From: Candidatus Bathyarchaeia archaeon
Lineage (GTDB): Archaea; Thermoproteota; Bathyarchaeia; Bathyarchaeales; Bathycorpusculaceae
Assembly (NCBI GenBank): GCA_038727135.1
Contig: JAVYWL010000001.1
Coordinates: 512,001-576,000 of the forward strand
Direction: 5' to 3'
DNA length: 64,000 nt
This document shows, piece after piece, positions 48,986 to 58,905 of the stretch. The stretch's first letter is position 1. Every line of letters begins with the position of its first letter. The translations under genes and the position numbers were made by a program. The notes below the pieces were generated by a model. The model was not told where the DNA came from. It saw only the letters and a list, made by a program, of their open reading frames with translations, and made no database searches.

Positions 48986-49537
48986 ATGGTTGAGGGTTGG
49001 TGTGTCTGGGTTACAGGGTTGCCGGGGAGCGGCAAGTCTGTTGTAGCGGAGACGCTTATCAAGTTTTTGCTTCAAAGGGGCATCCGCGCTCAACTTTTGT
49101 CTTCTGACGCTTTGCGTAAGGTTTTGACTCCTAAGCCAACATACTCGCTTGAGGAACGCGACATAGTTTACGCAACTCTTGTCTACATCGCTAAATTGCT
49201 AACGCAGAACGGTGTAAATGTTGTTATTGATGCCACTGGCAATTTGAGGCGTTATAGGGATAATGCCCGAAACCAAATCCAAAAGTTCATGGAAGCCTAC
49301 CTAGAATGCCCGCTTGAAATCTGCATTGAACGCGAATCCCGGAGGGCTGATACCCGCCAAGCGCCAAAACAAATCTATAAAAGAGCCTTGAAAGGCGAGG
49401 CGCCCACAGTACCCGGTGTTGGACAACCCTACGAGCCCCCACTGAACCCGGAAATAACAGTGAATACCGCCGAGTGCACGCCGGAGCAAGCAGCCCATAA
49501 AATACTTGAGGTTATTATTGGCAAGTGGTACGCCTAA
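48986..49537 (+). CDS. Adenylyl-sulfate kinase family P-loop kinase (integration target, restored)
   Basis: WVTGLPGSGKS, DALRK, YLECPLE, YEPPLNPE. Confidence 0.88.
   Translation: MVEGWCVWVTGLPGSGKSVVAETLIKFLLQRGIRAQLLSSDALRKVLTPKPTYSLEERDIVYATLVYIAKLLTQNGVNVVIDATGNLRRYRDNARNQIQKFMEAYLECPLEICIERESRRADTRQAPKQIYKRALKGEAPTVPGVGQPYEPPLNPEITVNTAECTPEQAAHKILEVIIGKWYA
48992..49013 (+). repeat. attR core
   Basis: GAGGGTTGGTGTGTCTGGGTTA, identical to 44218-44239. Confidence 0.95.
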
Positions 49538-49682
49538 AAGTATAGAGGGGGGGGCTATCAATTTTGCAGTAGCTGGCGCTGAGCAAAATTGACATGGCGT
49601 ATCCACGTTTATAGTGTGAGTAGAAATGGTAATGTTTATAACCTAAATGTCTCATTCCTAGAAGACGCGAAGCGGGGAAACA

Positions 49683-50696
49683 ATGGGTCACCGGAAACAG
49701 CACGGTCCAAAACGCGGTTCGCTTGCCTATTTGCCTAGGAAACGGGCTAAAAGCCTTTTGGCTAGAATACGCTATTGGCCAAAAATTGAGGCCGAAACGC
49801 CTAGGCTTCTTGGTTTTGTTGGTTATAAGGCTGGCATGACCTACGCCATGGTGATTGAAGATCGGAAGCGTTCCCCAAACGTTGGGAAGGAGGTAATCCG
49901 CCCAGTCACTGTTTTGGAAACTCCGCCCCTTCTTATTTGTGCCATAAGAGCCTATAAGAAAACGCCTTATGGACTGCAAACTTTTTGTGAAGCTTGGATG
50001 GAAAAACCGCCCGAAGGGCTTGATAGAGTTTTAACCCTTCCTGAAAAATTTAACACCGAAGAGAATTTGAAAAAAATTGAGGCTAATTTAGACAAAATCT
50101 CAAACATTCGCGTAATAGCCATAACCCAACCCAAGCAAACAAGCGTGCCGAAGAAAAAGCCAGACGTAGCCGAAATAGAGATAGGTGGAGGAACAATTCA
50201 GCAACAATTTGAATACGCAAAAAGTCTGTTAGGAAAAACCGTGAACCCCTCTGACGTTTTCAAGGAAGGGCAACACGTAGACGTAATAGCCGTCACAACC
50301 GGAAAAGGTTTTCAAGGACCGGTAAAACGTTGGGGAGTAGCCATCCTCCAACACAAGGGTAGGAAAACAAAGCGGGGAGTCGCCACCCTTGGTCCATGGA
50401 ACCCCCACCGTGTGCTGTACACTGTCCCACGCGCCGGGCAAATGGGCTTCCATCAAAGAACAGAATATAACAAGCGGATTTTGAAGATAGGCAAAGATGG
50501 CAAAGAAGTAACACCGAAAGGCGGCTTCATACGTTACGGCATCGTCCGCGGACCCTACATGCTCATAGAGGGAAGCATACCGGGACCGGAAAAGCGTCCA
50601 ATTAAACTGCGTTATCCGGCTCGTCCGCCAAAGGAAGCCCCAGAAGAGCCCCCACAGATAACGTATCTATCCTTAGAGTCTCCGCAGGGCAAGTAG
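49683..50696 (+). CDS. rpl3: 50S ribosomal protein L3
   Basis: GYKAGMT, GKGFQGPVKRWG, GQMGFHQRTEYNK. Confidence 0.97.
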   Translation: MGHRKQHGPKRGSLAYLPRKRAKSLLARIRYWPKIEAETPRLLGFVGYKAGMTYAMVIEDRKRSPNVGKEVIRPVTVLETPPLLICAIRAYKKTPYGLQTFCEAWMEKPPEGLDRVLTLPEKFNTEENLKKIEANLDKISNIRVIAITQPKQTSVPKKKPDVAEIEIGGGTIQQQFEYAKSLLGKTVNPSDVFKEGQHVDVIAVTTGKGFQGPVKRWGVAILQHKGRKTKRGVATLGPWNPHRVLYTVPRAGQMGFHQRTEYNKRILKIGKDGKEVTPKGGFIRYGIVRGPYMLIEGSIPGPEKRPIKLRYPARPPKEAPEEPPQITYLSLESPQGK

Positions 50697-50711
50697 GAAC
50701 GGTGAAAGTTT

Positions 50712-51500
50712 ATGGCTAAAACGGTGAAAGTCTTCGACCTCAACGGAAAACCCGTTGGAAAAATCAAACTTCCGCCAATCTTTGAAACACCCATAAGGCC
50801 AGATGTCATAAAACGGGCAGTCTTAGCCATACAGTCAACAAGATTTCAGCCGCAAGGCAGAGACCCGATGGCTGGAAAAAGAACATCAGCAGAATCAAGG
50901 GGCGTAGGCTTAGGCATAGCGAGAATACCAAGAATTAAAGGACCTGTTGGAAGAGGTGCCTTCGCACCCGGAACCGTCGGTGGTAGGCTGGCGCATCCGC
51001 CAACTCCAGAGAAAAAGATTGTTAAACGTATTCCAAAAAAGGAGAAGCGGTTAGCTCTTTTCTCCGCCATAGCCGCCACTGCCTCTAAAGAAATGGTGGT
51101 TTCTCGGGGACACGCCATTGAAGGAGTACCACAAATCCCTCTCGTCGTCACAGACGAGCTTGAAAGCCTGAAAAGGACTAAGGATGTTGAAGAAGCCCTC
51201 ATAAAGCTCGGCGTTTTAGCCGACTTGTATAGGGTTAAGGAAAGCGTGAAAGTCAGGGCTGGAAAGGGGAAAATGAGGGGGCGAAGAATAAAACAGGCTG
51301 TTGGACCATTAATAGTTGTGGCTGAAGACAAAGGCGTGGGCGAAGCTGCAAGGAACATACCCGGCGTTGACGTTGTTCCAGTTAGGAGTTTGAATGCTGA
51401 GGTTCTCGCGCCCGGAACACATCCTGGAAGATTGACAATTTGGACAGCCAGCGCCATAGAAACCCTCGACAAGCTTTATTGCAGAGGTGAGGAAGCCTAA
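50712..51500 (+). CDS. rpl4: 50S ribosomal protein L4
   Basis: [31 protein letters not shown]. Confidence 0.97.
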   Translation: MAKTVKVFDLNGKPVGKIKLPPIFETPIRPDVIKRAVLAIQSTRFQPQGRDPMAGKRTSAESRGVGLGIARIPRIKGPVGRGAFAPGTVGGRLAHPPTPEKKIVKRIPKKEKRLALFSAIAATASKEMVVSRGHAIEGVPQIPLVVTDELESLKRTKDVEEALIKLGVLADLYRVKESVKVRAGKGKMRGRRIKQAVGPLIVVAEDKGVGEAARNIPGVDVVPVRSLNAEVLAPGTHPGRLTIWTASAIETLDKLYCRGEEA

Positions 51501-51760
51501 TGGACCCTTATGAGGTTATACTTTACCCGTTGATGACGGAATCCGCCAGCCTAATGGTTGAGAGGGAAAACAAACTGGTCTTCATAGTCAACCTAAAAGC
51601 CACAAAGGAGGACGTGAAAAGGGCTGTTGAAGAGCTTTACGAAGTTAAGGTTGAAAAAGTAAACATTGTTATAACGCCTAAAGGGCAAAAGAAAGCCTTT
51701 GTTAAGCTCCATCCAGATTATAAGGCTACGGATGTCGCCATAAAGCTTGGAATACTATAA
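51500..51760 (+). CDS. rpl23: 50S ribosomal protein L23
   Basis: [15 protein letters not shown]. Confidence 0.96.
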   Translation: MDPYEVILYPLMTESASLMVERENKLVFIVNLKATKEDVKRAVEELYEVKVEKVNIVITPKGQKKAFVKLHPDYKATDVAIKLGIL

Positions 51761-51777
51761 TTTGTGTGGTGAAAGTT

Positions 51778-52521
51778 ATGGGAAAGAGGATTCGTGTCCA
51801 AAGGCGTGGGCGCGGCGGACCAACCTTTAGAGCGGCAACCCACAAGAGAGTAGCTCCGGCATGTTACCCGCCAGCAACAAAAGAAATCTTCGACACTGTA
51901 ACGAGGGGGGTTGTTGAGGAACTCCTTCACGACCCGGGAAGAGGCGCCCCCCTAGCTCTAATAAGATTTGAAAATGGGGAAGAATGCTACACGGTGGCTC
52001 CTGAAGGCGTATACACTGGACAGCAGATACAGATGGGCGGGAAAGCAAGCATCGAGGTTGGCAACATTCTGCCAATTGGTAGAATTCCAGAAGGCACAAT
52101 GGTCTGCAACATAGAGCTTAAACCCGGAGACGGCGGAAAAATCGCAAAATCTTCAGGCGCATACGCCACCATTGTGGCGCACACGGCACAGGGAACCCTA
52201 ATAAAGCTGCCCTCTGGCAAAACCAAGTATATTAGCGATCATTGCAGAGCCACAATAGGCGTTGTTGCTGGTGCCGGCAGGACAGAAAAGCCGTTCTTAA
52301 AGGCTGGTGCAAAATTCCACCTAATGAGGGCAAGAGGAAGAAAATATCCGAGAACCCGTGGAAAAGCGATGGTTGCGGCAGTCCACCCATATGGAAGCAG
52401 CAAAAGAAGTGCGCGGAAAGTTACAACTGTTTCGCGGAACGCCCCGCCTGGAAAGAAGGTTGGGCTTATAGCGGCTAGAGGCACTGGGCGGAGAAAGAAG
52501 AAGGTGAAGGAAGGCGAGTAA
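51778..52521 (+). CDS. rpl2: 50S ribosomal protein L2
   Basis: MGKRIRVQRRGRG, HDPGRGAP, GLIAARGTG. Confidence 0.97.
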   Translation: MGKRIRVQRRGRGGPTFRAATHKRVAPACYPPATKEIFDTVTRGVVEELLHDPGRGAPLALIRFENGEECYTVAPEGVYTGQQIQMGGKASIEVGNILPIGRIPEGTMVCNIELKPGDGGKIAKSSGAYATIVAHTAQGTLIKLPSGKTKYISDHCRATIGVVAGAGRTEKPFLKAGAKFHLMRARGRKYPRTRGKAMVAAVHPYGSSKRSARKVTTVSRNAPPGKKVGLIAARGTGRRKKKVKEGE

Positions 52522-52567
52522 TCAGAAGGTTTATAGCGTCACAATCAAAATTTATGAGGGATAAGTC

Positions 52568-52972
52568 ATGCCGAGGGAATTCACATACCGCGGATACACA
52601 CTTGAACAATTGCAAAGTATGTCAATGGACGAGTTCATAATGCTGCTTCCAGCGAGACAAAGAAGAAGCCTCCATAGAGGCTTGTCTCCAGAGCAGCGAA
52701 CCCTGCTGGAAAACATAAGGAAGGCGAAGGAAGCCATGAGGAAAGGCGGAAACGTGACCATCAAGACCCACTGCCGCGACATGATAATACTGCCAGAAAT
52801 GGTTGGATTAACAATTCACGTTCACAACGGCAAAGAATTCGTTCCTGTTGAGATAAAGCCAGACATGATTGGGCATTACCTAGGCGAGTTTGCAATAACC
52901 AACAAGCCTGTCAAGCATGGAACACCCGGCATAGGTGCATCTCGCTCTTCAATGTATGTCCCGCTAAAATAG
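52568..52972 (+). CDS. rps19: 30S ribosomal protein S19
   Basis: [24 protein letters not shown]. Confidence 0.97.
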   Translation: MPREFTYRGYTLEQLQSMSMDEFIMLLPARQRRSLHRGLSPEQRTLLENIRKAKEAMRKGGNVTIKTHCRDMIILPEMVGLTIHVHNGKEFVPVEIKPDMIGHYLGEFAITNKPVKHGTPGIGASRSSMYVPLK

Positions 52973-53003
52973 GAATAGCCTTCCGCCAGTTTTAGCAGCG
53001 CTT

Positions 53004-53441
53004 TTAGGCTGTATAATCCACACCAGAAGGCTTTTTCTCCGCCTCTTTCGCCGGCGGAATCTGTGGTAACGGTATCGGCGGCGGGATATTCAAAGTTCTT
53101 GAAATGATTACGCTCTCCACAAAAACCACATTTGAGATGGACTGCACAAGAACTGGTGGCGGCGGCTTCTTATCCTTATAATCCTCGTAAATCTTTGCTA
53201 TCTCATCTTTGCTACCAGCCACGTAGGCTCTTCCTTTGAGACTTATTTGTGCTATCGAAGGGTTGTAGTTAACCGTTAAGACAAAGGGTACTTCCAGCGT
53301 GTCATCCGACTTTTTCTCCACCTCAACAAGGTTGAGGTTTGTGTTTATCTGGATTGGCGGAATGGGTTTCCTAATATCCCAGAACCGCTCCCCAGAAACA
53401 TTTGTAATTAGGATATTTACCCTAATCATTCTGACCATCAT
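53004..53441 (-). CDS. Hypothetical protein
   Basis: Last gene of the rpoE-rps24e-rps27ae run; beta-rich N-terminus, Pro-rich tail. Confidence 0.75.
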   Translation of the reverse strand: MMVRMIRVNILITNVSGERFWDIRKPIPPIQINTNLNLVEVEKKSDDTLEVPFVLTVNYNPSIAQISLKGRAYVAGSKDEIAKIYEDYKDKKPPPPVLVQSISNVVFVESVIISRTLNIPPPIPLPQIPPAKEAEKKPSGVDYTA

Positions 53442-53462
53442 ACACTATGGTGGTCGTGCAAT

Positions 53463-53708
53463 TTAAGTGTGTTTATATCTCGTGAAGCCGCAGTGCCCGC
53501 ATGCGTATCGGTCCCCGTGGTCAGCCATGAAATATCCAAGTCCACAGCGTTCGCACGTTGGGCGAAGTCTGACAATTTTTTCTCCTTCAATTTTATAGAT
53601 GGAGTGGATCCCTTTCTCTTCCCTTTTTCTTTTTTCTCTCTTTCCCTTTTTCGGTGCCGCCTTTGGTGCTGCTTCTTCTGCTGGGGCTTTCTCGTTTTTT
53701 TCAGCCAT
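53463..53708 (-). CDS. rps27ae: 30S ribosomal protein S27ae
   Basis: CERCG...FMADHGDRYACGHCG. Confidence 0.95.
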   Translation of the reverse strand: MAEKNEKAPAEEAAPKAAPKKGKREKRKREEKGIHSIYKIEGEKIVRLRPTCERCGLGYFMADHGDRYACGHCGFTRYKHT

Positions 53709-53709
53709 T

Positions 53710-54021
53710 TTACTCTTTCCCTTCTTCTTTTGGTTTTTCTGGCGGTATGTTTCTCTTTACAATGTATTTGGGCTCAATAAGCTTTGCGTGTTCAATAGAG
53801 TCATAAACGTTAGCCAGCCCGATGGCTTTACGTGTGCCAGTCTTTGTCTCTAACTTTTTGATGAAAACAAGGTTTGCGTCAATTTTCAGCAGCTTTGCAA
53901 TGGCATTTTTTACCTCTAACCTCGGAGGAGTGCTGCCGGTCTGGTTGTGGTCCACTTGGAAGACAACTTCTTTACGTTTTAAAAGCGGGTTCACATTTTC
54001 AGACAGGATTTTGACTTCCAT
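53710..54021 (-). CDS. rps24e: 30S ribosomal protein S24e
   Basis: NPLLKRKE, TPPRLEV, ANVYDS. Confidence 0.95.
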   Translation of the reverse strand: MEVKILSENVNPLLKRKEVVFQVDHNQTGSTPPRLEVKNAIAKLLKIDANLVFIKKLETKTGTRKAIGLANVYDSIEHAKLIEPKYIVKRNIPPEKPKEEGKE

Positions 54022-54066
54022 AGCTTTTCCCTTGTGGTGTCTGACTTGATACCATTTTCCCTTTAT

Positions 54067-54594
54067 TTAGCCTTTCGCAACCTCCATAGCCTTTAATATT
54101 CTGGCAACCTCTTCCTTCTTCTGCCTTGTAGCTTTAACAACCACTATGCCCTCACGGGGCTGACCATAAACCACAAAGGAGTCTTCAGGCGCATACGAGA
54201 TAGCACACAAAGCTAAAAGATCTTCTTCCCCGTCAACAACAATTTTCGTCCTCCGATTAGCCTCCAAGGCTTCTTTGATGGCATTTAAAGCTTCAAAAGT
54301 TATAGTTCCAGGAGGATTTTTAACACGCCTTTCCACATCCGCCTTTAGCGGCGTTGGAGCTATATCCCTGCGCATAACTCGGTTATCAATAATCATAAGG
54401 TTTGGAAAAATGCCGTTTTCTGCTAGATTTTTTGAAACAGTATCTCCAACCGAAATTATGCTTGGCGGCTTTTCTCCATCCACGATCTGCTTAAACCTTT
54501 TGACGGTTTCTTCAAAAGAGCCTCTGATTAACATGCCGAGTGGCTTTTTAAGTTTTCTCCGAAGCGCTAACGGCAATACATAGGCTATGCTCAT
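54067..54594 (-). CDS. GTP-dependent dephospho-CoA kinase (DUF359)
   Basis: SVGD, NPPGTI, VDGEEDL, YGQP. Confidence 0.92.
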   Translation of the reverse strand: MSIAYVLPLALRRKLKKPLGMLIRGSFEETVKRFKQIVDGEKPPSIISVGDTVSKNLAENGIFPNLMIIDNRVMRRDIAPTPLKADVERRVKNPPGTITFEALNAIKEALEANRRTKIVVDGEEDLLALCAISYAPEDSFVVYGQPREGIVVVKATRQKKEEVARILKAMEVAKG

Positions 54595-54780
54595 TTATCT
54601 AACCTTTAAGGCGTAGCGCCCCTTTTCCTTAATATTCATCGCCTTTGCAATAGCTGAGCCCTCTGGGTCAAATATTATCACAAGCCCACTATAATCGTCG
54701 CTGAGAGTTGAGGTCTTACATTTTGGGCAGATGTTGCTGGTTGTTATTGTGTGGCATGTTGTACAGGCTTTTTCGCTCAT
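54595..54780 (-). CDS. spt4: Transcription elongation factor Spt4 (RpoE'')
   Basis: ACTTC...CPKC...GLVIIFDPEGSAIAK...YALKVR. Confidence 0.95.
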   Translation of the reverse strand: MSEKACTTCHTITTSNICPKCKTSTLSDDYSGLVIIFDPEGSAIAKAMNIKEKGRYALKVR

Positions 54781-55376
54781 TCTTTAGCCTTCTCCTTCTC
54801 TTTTTCCTTCTTCTTTTCAGAAGCTTCTTTCAACTTTTGCAAGTCCTGCTCTATCCACTCCAGCTTTCCGAGGAATGGCTGTCTTGCTGTTACACCTATT
54901 TTCGCCGAGCCGCCTACCCTGCCGAGAGAGACGGCTGTTATGCGGACGCGAACCCTGTCACCCGTCGCCAGTCTCCGGTTAGTCTGTTTTCCAATTAGAA
55001 CGCCTTGTTTCTCGTCGTAGGAGATAAAATCATCCATCAACTGTGAAACATGAAGCAGAGCGTCAACCGGTCCTATACGGACAAAAGCTCCAAAATCCGC
55101 GATTTCAACAACCTCTCCCTCAACAACCTCTTGGAGAACCGGATAAAATGTTAACAATGAAAAGGTTACCTTATGGTAGGTTGCCCCGTCACCCGGAATT
55201 ATTTTCCCTATAGGGCTTACTTTAACATCTGTTGCAGCGATAACATAGCCTAGAGCTTCGTCCACAACCCCCTCATATTTTGCTTTAACTTGCTGGTAGC
55301 CCACCTCATCCAGCGGATTACCAAAGGTTTCTGGGGGTATGCGAATTGTATCCTCCATGGTTATGAGTTTAAACAA
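54777..55376 (-). CDS. rpoE1: RNA polymerase subunit Rpo7/E'
   Basis: IRIPP, GDGATY, FGAFVRIGPVDALLHVSQ. Confidence 0.95.
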   Translation of the reverse strand: MFKLITMEDTIRIPPETFGNPLDEVGYQQVKAKYEGVVDEALGYVIAATDVKVSPIGKIIPGDGATYHKVTFSLLTFYPVLQEVVEGEVVEIADFGAFVRIGPVDALLHVSQLMDDFISYDEKQGVLIGKQTNRRLATGDRVRVRITAVSLGRVGGSAKIGVTARQPFLGKLEWIEQDLQKLKEASEKKKEKEKEKAKE

Positions 55377-55809
55377 GGTTGCATCCTCCCTCAATTTCAA
55401 GCCGGGACTTTTGCCTCACATAAATAACTGGCACATTTATATCTCTTAACCTCTTTCGAAGCGCTCTATCATTGGTGAAAACGGGACTTTTCCATTCACC
55501 CGCCACTTTCACAATGGCGTCGTCCGGAGAACCCGCATAATTTTCACCTAAATCCATAAGTTTGCACTTTTCAGTAAGCCTCAAAGCATAGGCAGCCTCT
55601 TTTCGTGTTTTAGGCGAGCCTCTGGCAGCGAGAGTTTCCAACTCCCTCTTAACCGGCGAAAGCAACACAAATTCAACGTTCCTCTCCAAAAGATTCTTCA
55701 ACTCCTCGAATATGTCAATTTTAAACTTTAAAGGGACAAAAAACGCATTTGAGTCAAGAATAACCTTCAATTTTTCCTTTTTAGCTTTGGGGTTTTGACG
55801 GCTTGTCAC
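55369..55809 (-). CDS. PIN-domain protein (Utp24/Fcf1-like)
   Basis: VILDSNAF, DDAI, TNDRALRKR. Confidence 0.9.
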   Translation of the reverse strand: MTSRQNPKAKKEKLKVILDSNAFFVPLKFKIDIFEELKNLLERNVEFVLLSPVKRELETLAARGSPKTRKEAAYALRLTEKCKLMDLGENYAGSPDDAIVKVAGEWKSPVFTNDRALRKRLRDINVPVIYVRQKSRLEIEGGCNLV

Positions 55810-57056
55810 TTTATCATTCCGTATCCTATTAATCGCCATCTTCCGGCAATCTTCCTACTTATGGCAACCCTCGAACCGGTAAGTGCGCACACCGGCCTTG
55901 TGAGCTTAAGCGTGGTCATTTCACCCTTAACCGCCACAACTTTTCCAACAGTTATTGCAGCGCCCACATGAAGCAGTAGCGTTTCATCCTTGCTTATGCT
56001 TTCCACTTTTGCCAACTCCTTAGTTCCCACGGCCCTCTCAAGAATGTACGTTTCCAAATTGAGCTCTGTGAGAACTTGCGGGAGCATTCCGGCTTTTCCA
56101 ACAATGTTTCCAGTTAAACCATCAGCCTTAGAAAGCGAGGGATCCAGAAGGGTTCCGACGCCGACAAGACCGCCGCAGTGGGCTTCTTTGACGTTCCTTC
56201 CGCCAGCGTGCAAACTTGTGATTTCGCTGAAGAGAGGCTTGTAGACTGTTTTGCCCTCCTCCTCAACGCTTATTCCTGGTCGAAGCTCTATCTCATCCTC
56301 AACAGCAAACTTTCCCTGCAAAATTGTTCCGCCTATAACCCCGCCCCTAAGCTTTTCTATCGGAGTGCCCGGCTTATTCACATCAAAGGAGCGTACAACA
56401 TACATTAAAGGCTGTTTTGTCTCATCCCTTTTAGGCGTTGGTATAAACTCTTCCATGGCTTGGATTAAAGCGTCTATGTTCACGCCCCGTTGGGCTGAAA
56501 CTGGAATTATCGGGGCGTTTTCGGCAATTGTTCCCTTAACAAAATTTTTAATCTCCTCATAACTTTTCCGAGCCCTTTCCTCGGTTACAATGTCGATTTT
56601 GTTTTGTGCTATAATGATGTTCTTAATGCCGATAATTTCAGCCGCAGCCAAGTGCTCTCTAGTTTGTGGCTGAGGGCAAGGTTCATCAGCAGCAATAACA
56701 AGTATTGCCCCATCCATTATTGCTGCTCCAGATAGCATCGTAGCCATCAAAGCCTCATGTCCAGGAGCATCAACAAAGCTCACAGCTCTTATAAAAGTTG
56801 TTTCAGAACCGCAGTGAGGGCAAACGGCCTCTTTTGAATAGTTTTTAGGTGGTTCACATTTGGGACATTTGTATATAGGCATGTCCGCATAGCCTAACTT
56901 TATTGTTATGCCCCGCTTGAGTTCCTCGCTGTGTCTAGCAGCCCAGATCCCAGTTAAAGCCTGCACTAAGGTTGTTTTGCCATGGTCAACATGCCCTATT
57001 GTGCCAATGTTTATTTCCGGCTGCCGCGGTAAAGCAATAGTCTTTTCTTCACTCAT
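55806..57056 (-). CDS. eif2g: Translation initiation factor aIF-2 gamma
   Basis: GHVDHGKT, RGITIKLGY, DAPGHE, QNKID. Confidence 0.97.
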   Translation of the reverse strand: MSEEKTIALPRQPEINIGTIGHVDHGKTTLVQALTGIWAARHSEELKRGITIKLGYADMPIYKCPKCEPPKNYSKEAVCPHCGSETTFIRAVSFVDAPGHEALMATMLSGAAIMDGAILVIAADEPCPQPQTREHLAAAEIIGIKNIIIAQNKIDIVTEERARKSYEEIKNFVKGTIAENAPIIPVSAQRGVNIDALIQAMEEFIPTPKRDETKQPLMYVVRSFDVNKPGTPIEKLRGGVIGGTILQGKFAVEDEIELRPGISVEEEGKTVYKPLFSEITSLHAGGRNVKEAHCGGLVGVGTLLDPSLSKADGLTGNIVGKAGMLPQVLTELNLETYILERAVGTKELAKVESISKDETLLLHVGAAITVGKVVAVKGEMTTLKLTRPVCALTGSRVAISRKIAGRWRLIGYGMIK

Positions 57057-57134
57057 TTCCTTTTTCCTTCACAACACAATTATTGAAGGATTTTACCTTG
57101 CAAGCTAATAAACATTAAGCACGTAATCCGCGTT

Positions 57135-57560
57135 TTAAGCTTCATTTCCTGCTTTCTGCTCTTCTTTAGGTGGCTGGGGCTTTTCCCTCACCTCTCCAGC
57201 CTTCTTACCCTTAGGCTTTTCAACAATCTTCATATTCACCTGAACAATCTCGTCGGTGATAATGTTTCCACGAACCCTCTTTCGTCTCCGTTCCCCCTCA
57301 TCCTGCGGGTTAAAGCCAACCCCGCCGCTTAACACGACGTTTCTTCGCACTCCACCATGAACGTTAGGTCTCATTGGGAAGCCATCCTTATCGGAGCCGC
57401 CGGTAATCTGAACCTTAAAACCTGGTAAGCCGACAACTGAACCGTCTATTATGTCGCCTATTTTCTTCCCGATTAACGGAACCGCTCGCGCATCTTCCAA
57501 CTCTACAGTCTTCGAAGTACCATCCTCAGGATCCGACACTATAACCTTAAATTTAGCCAT
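57135..57560 (-). CDS. rps6e: 30S ribosomal protein S6e
   Basis: ITGGSDKDGFPM, GERRRKRVRG. Confidence 0.96.
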   Translation of the reverse strand: MAKFKVIVSDPEDGTSKTVELEDARAVPLIGKKIGDIIDGSVVGLPGFKVQITGGSDKDGFPMRPNVHGGVRRNVVLSGGVGFNPQDEGERRRKRVRGNIITDEIVQVNMKIVEKPKGKKAGEVREKPQPPKEEQKAGNEA

Positions 57561-57612
57561 TGGCGTTTCTCTCCAGCGGAGATTATGAAGTTAAATCTCT
57601 AATTATTAAGGG

Positions 57613-58890
57613 TTGTGTGAAAACATTGACTGTGTATATAGCTTTCAGTTTTACCTAAAGGCAAAAGTTTTAATTTTGCCATTATGTTGTTCACTGTTTA
57701 TGTGGCGTCTGGGATTCCTGTTCCATGAAATGGCTTTTGGTCTGCTTTCAGTTTTCCTCCCCCTTTACATCATAAGCATTGGCGGGTCGTTGCTCGACAT
57801 AGGAGTGATGACTTTCACCGCTTCACTCGCGTCCATTCCAGCCTTCTTCTTCTGGGGTTACATATGCGACAAAACACAACGTTACAAACGCTACATCCTG
57901 CTTTCGTTTTTATCCACCTCTATTCTGCTATACCTTTTCACTCTCTCAGCCAATGTGAATGTGCTCATAGCTTTGTACGTAGTTATTTCGATTTTCCACG
58001 CTGCGCATGAACCGCCCAAAAATGTGCTCATAGCCGAATTCTATACAAGAGATGAATGGGAGAAAGCCTACGCCCTTTATGAAGGGTTAACCGAAATAGG
58101 CTGGCTAACCGGACTATGCACGGGAATTTTCATATTCTCCTCAGCGAGTTTTGATGCAAAGACAACATTGCTGATTTGTAGCGGCTCAAACTTTTTGGCC
58201 TTCCTGCTCTCCTTGTTTTTGGTTGCTGATCCAATCATAGTTGTTGAAAGAGGTTTGGTAAACATAGAAAAAAGCGTTAGTTTCGTACATAAAGGTGCGA
58301 CTTTGGCCTCGAAAATTTTGGAAGGTTTACCCGTTCATATACGCCTTAAAATGGAGAATGTTTACGCTTTTTGCTGGGGATTGATGCTTTTCTCTTTTGC
58401 CACAAACATTCTATTCACACCTCTACCAGTCTTCTTCTCCAAAGATTTGAACTTGCCAACCTACATGGTTTACGCCATATACGTTTCAAACTCCGCGGCA
58501 TGCACCGTTGGCTATTTCTTAGCAGGAAAAAGGCTCGAACAATATGAGGAGAGGACACGTTTGCAAAAGATAGTTTGGATGAGGAGCCTCCTTGCCCTTC
58601 TCTTGGCGGGTTTTACTGTTTTAAGCTTTTGCACAGCAATTTTTGCCACATTAATCCTAACGTTAATGGGTTTCGCTTATGCTTTATACCATGTTTCAGT
58701 GCTCTCTCTGTCAATGGAGCTTATACCCGCTGGAAAGGCGGGCGTCTTTGATGTCCTTGTAAGTGTAGGTGGCGCCATAGGCGCTTTCACTGGTCCGTTT
58801 GTTGCCCAAACTTTGGGTTTCACTTACGCGTTCTTATTCGCTGGAGCAGCTTTTCTCCTTGCTTATGCATCTTTTAAGCTGTACTTCTGA
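57613..58890 (+). CDS. MFS transporter (start uncertain)
   Basis: About 12 hydrophobic segments, WGYICDKTQR motif-A-like loop. Confidence 0.85.
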   Translation: MCENIDCVYSFQFYLKAKVLILPLCCSLFMWRLGFLFHEMAFGLLSVFLPLYIISIGGSLLDIGVMTFTASLASIPAFFFWGYICDKTQRYKRYILLSFLSTSILLYLFTLSANVNVLIALYVVISIFHAAHEPPKNVLIAEFYTRDEWEKAYALYEGLTEIGWLTGLCTGIFIFSSASFDAKTTLLICSGSNFLAFLLSLFLVADPIIVVERGLVNIEKSVSFVHKGATLASKILEGLPVHIRLKMENVYAFCWGLMLFSFATNILFTPLPVFFSKDLNLPTYMVYAIYVSNSAACTVGYFLAGKRLEQYEERTRLQKIVWMRSLLALLLAGFTVLSFCTAIFATLILTLMGFAYALYHVSVLSLSMELIPAGKAGVFDVLVSVGGAIGAFTGPFVAQTLGFTYAFLFAGAAFLLAYASFKLYF

Positions 58891-58905
58891 AGCAAAAGGT
58901 ATCGC

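Larger units (their letters stand above)
44218..49013. mobile_element. Integrated element (4,774-bp circle if excised) inserted at the 5' end of a cysC-like gene
   Basis: 22-bp direct repeats at both ends, tyrosine integrase at the right end, sharp drop in GC, near absence of CG. Confidence 0.93.

Noticed and set aside
48985-49062. N-terminal extension of the integrase given in the ORF track (MISVSATT...)
   Set aside because: Beyond attR this is the antisense of the host kinase P-loop, not element sequence
52568-53004. S10-like operon ends after rps19 (no rpl22/rps3)
   Set aside because: Fragmented ribosomal operons are common in TACK archaea, and there is no sign of a mobile insertion
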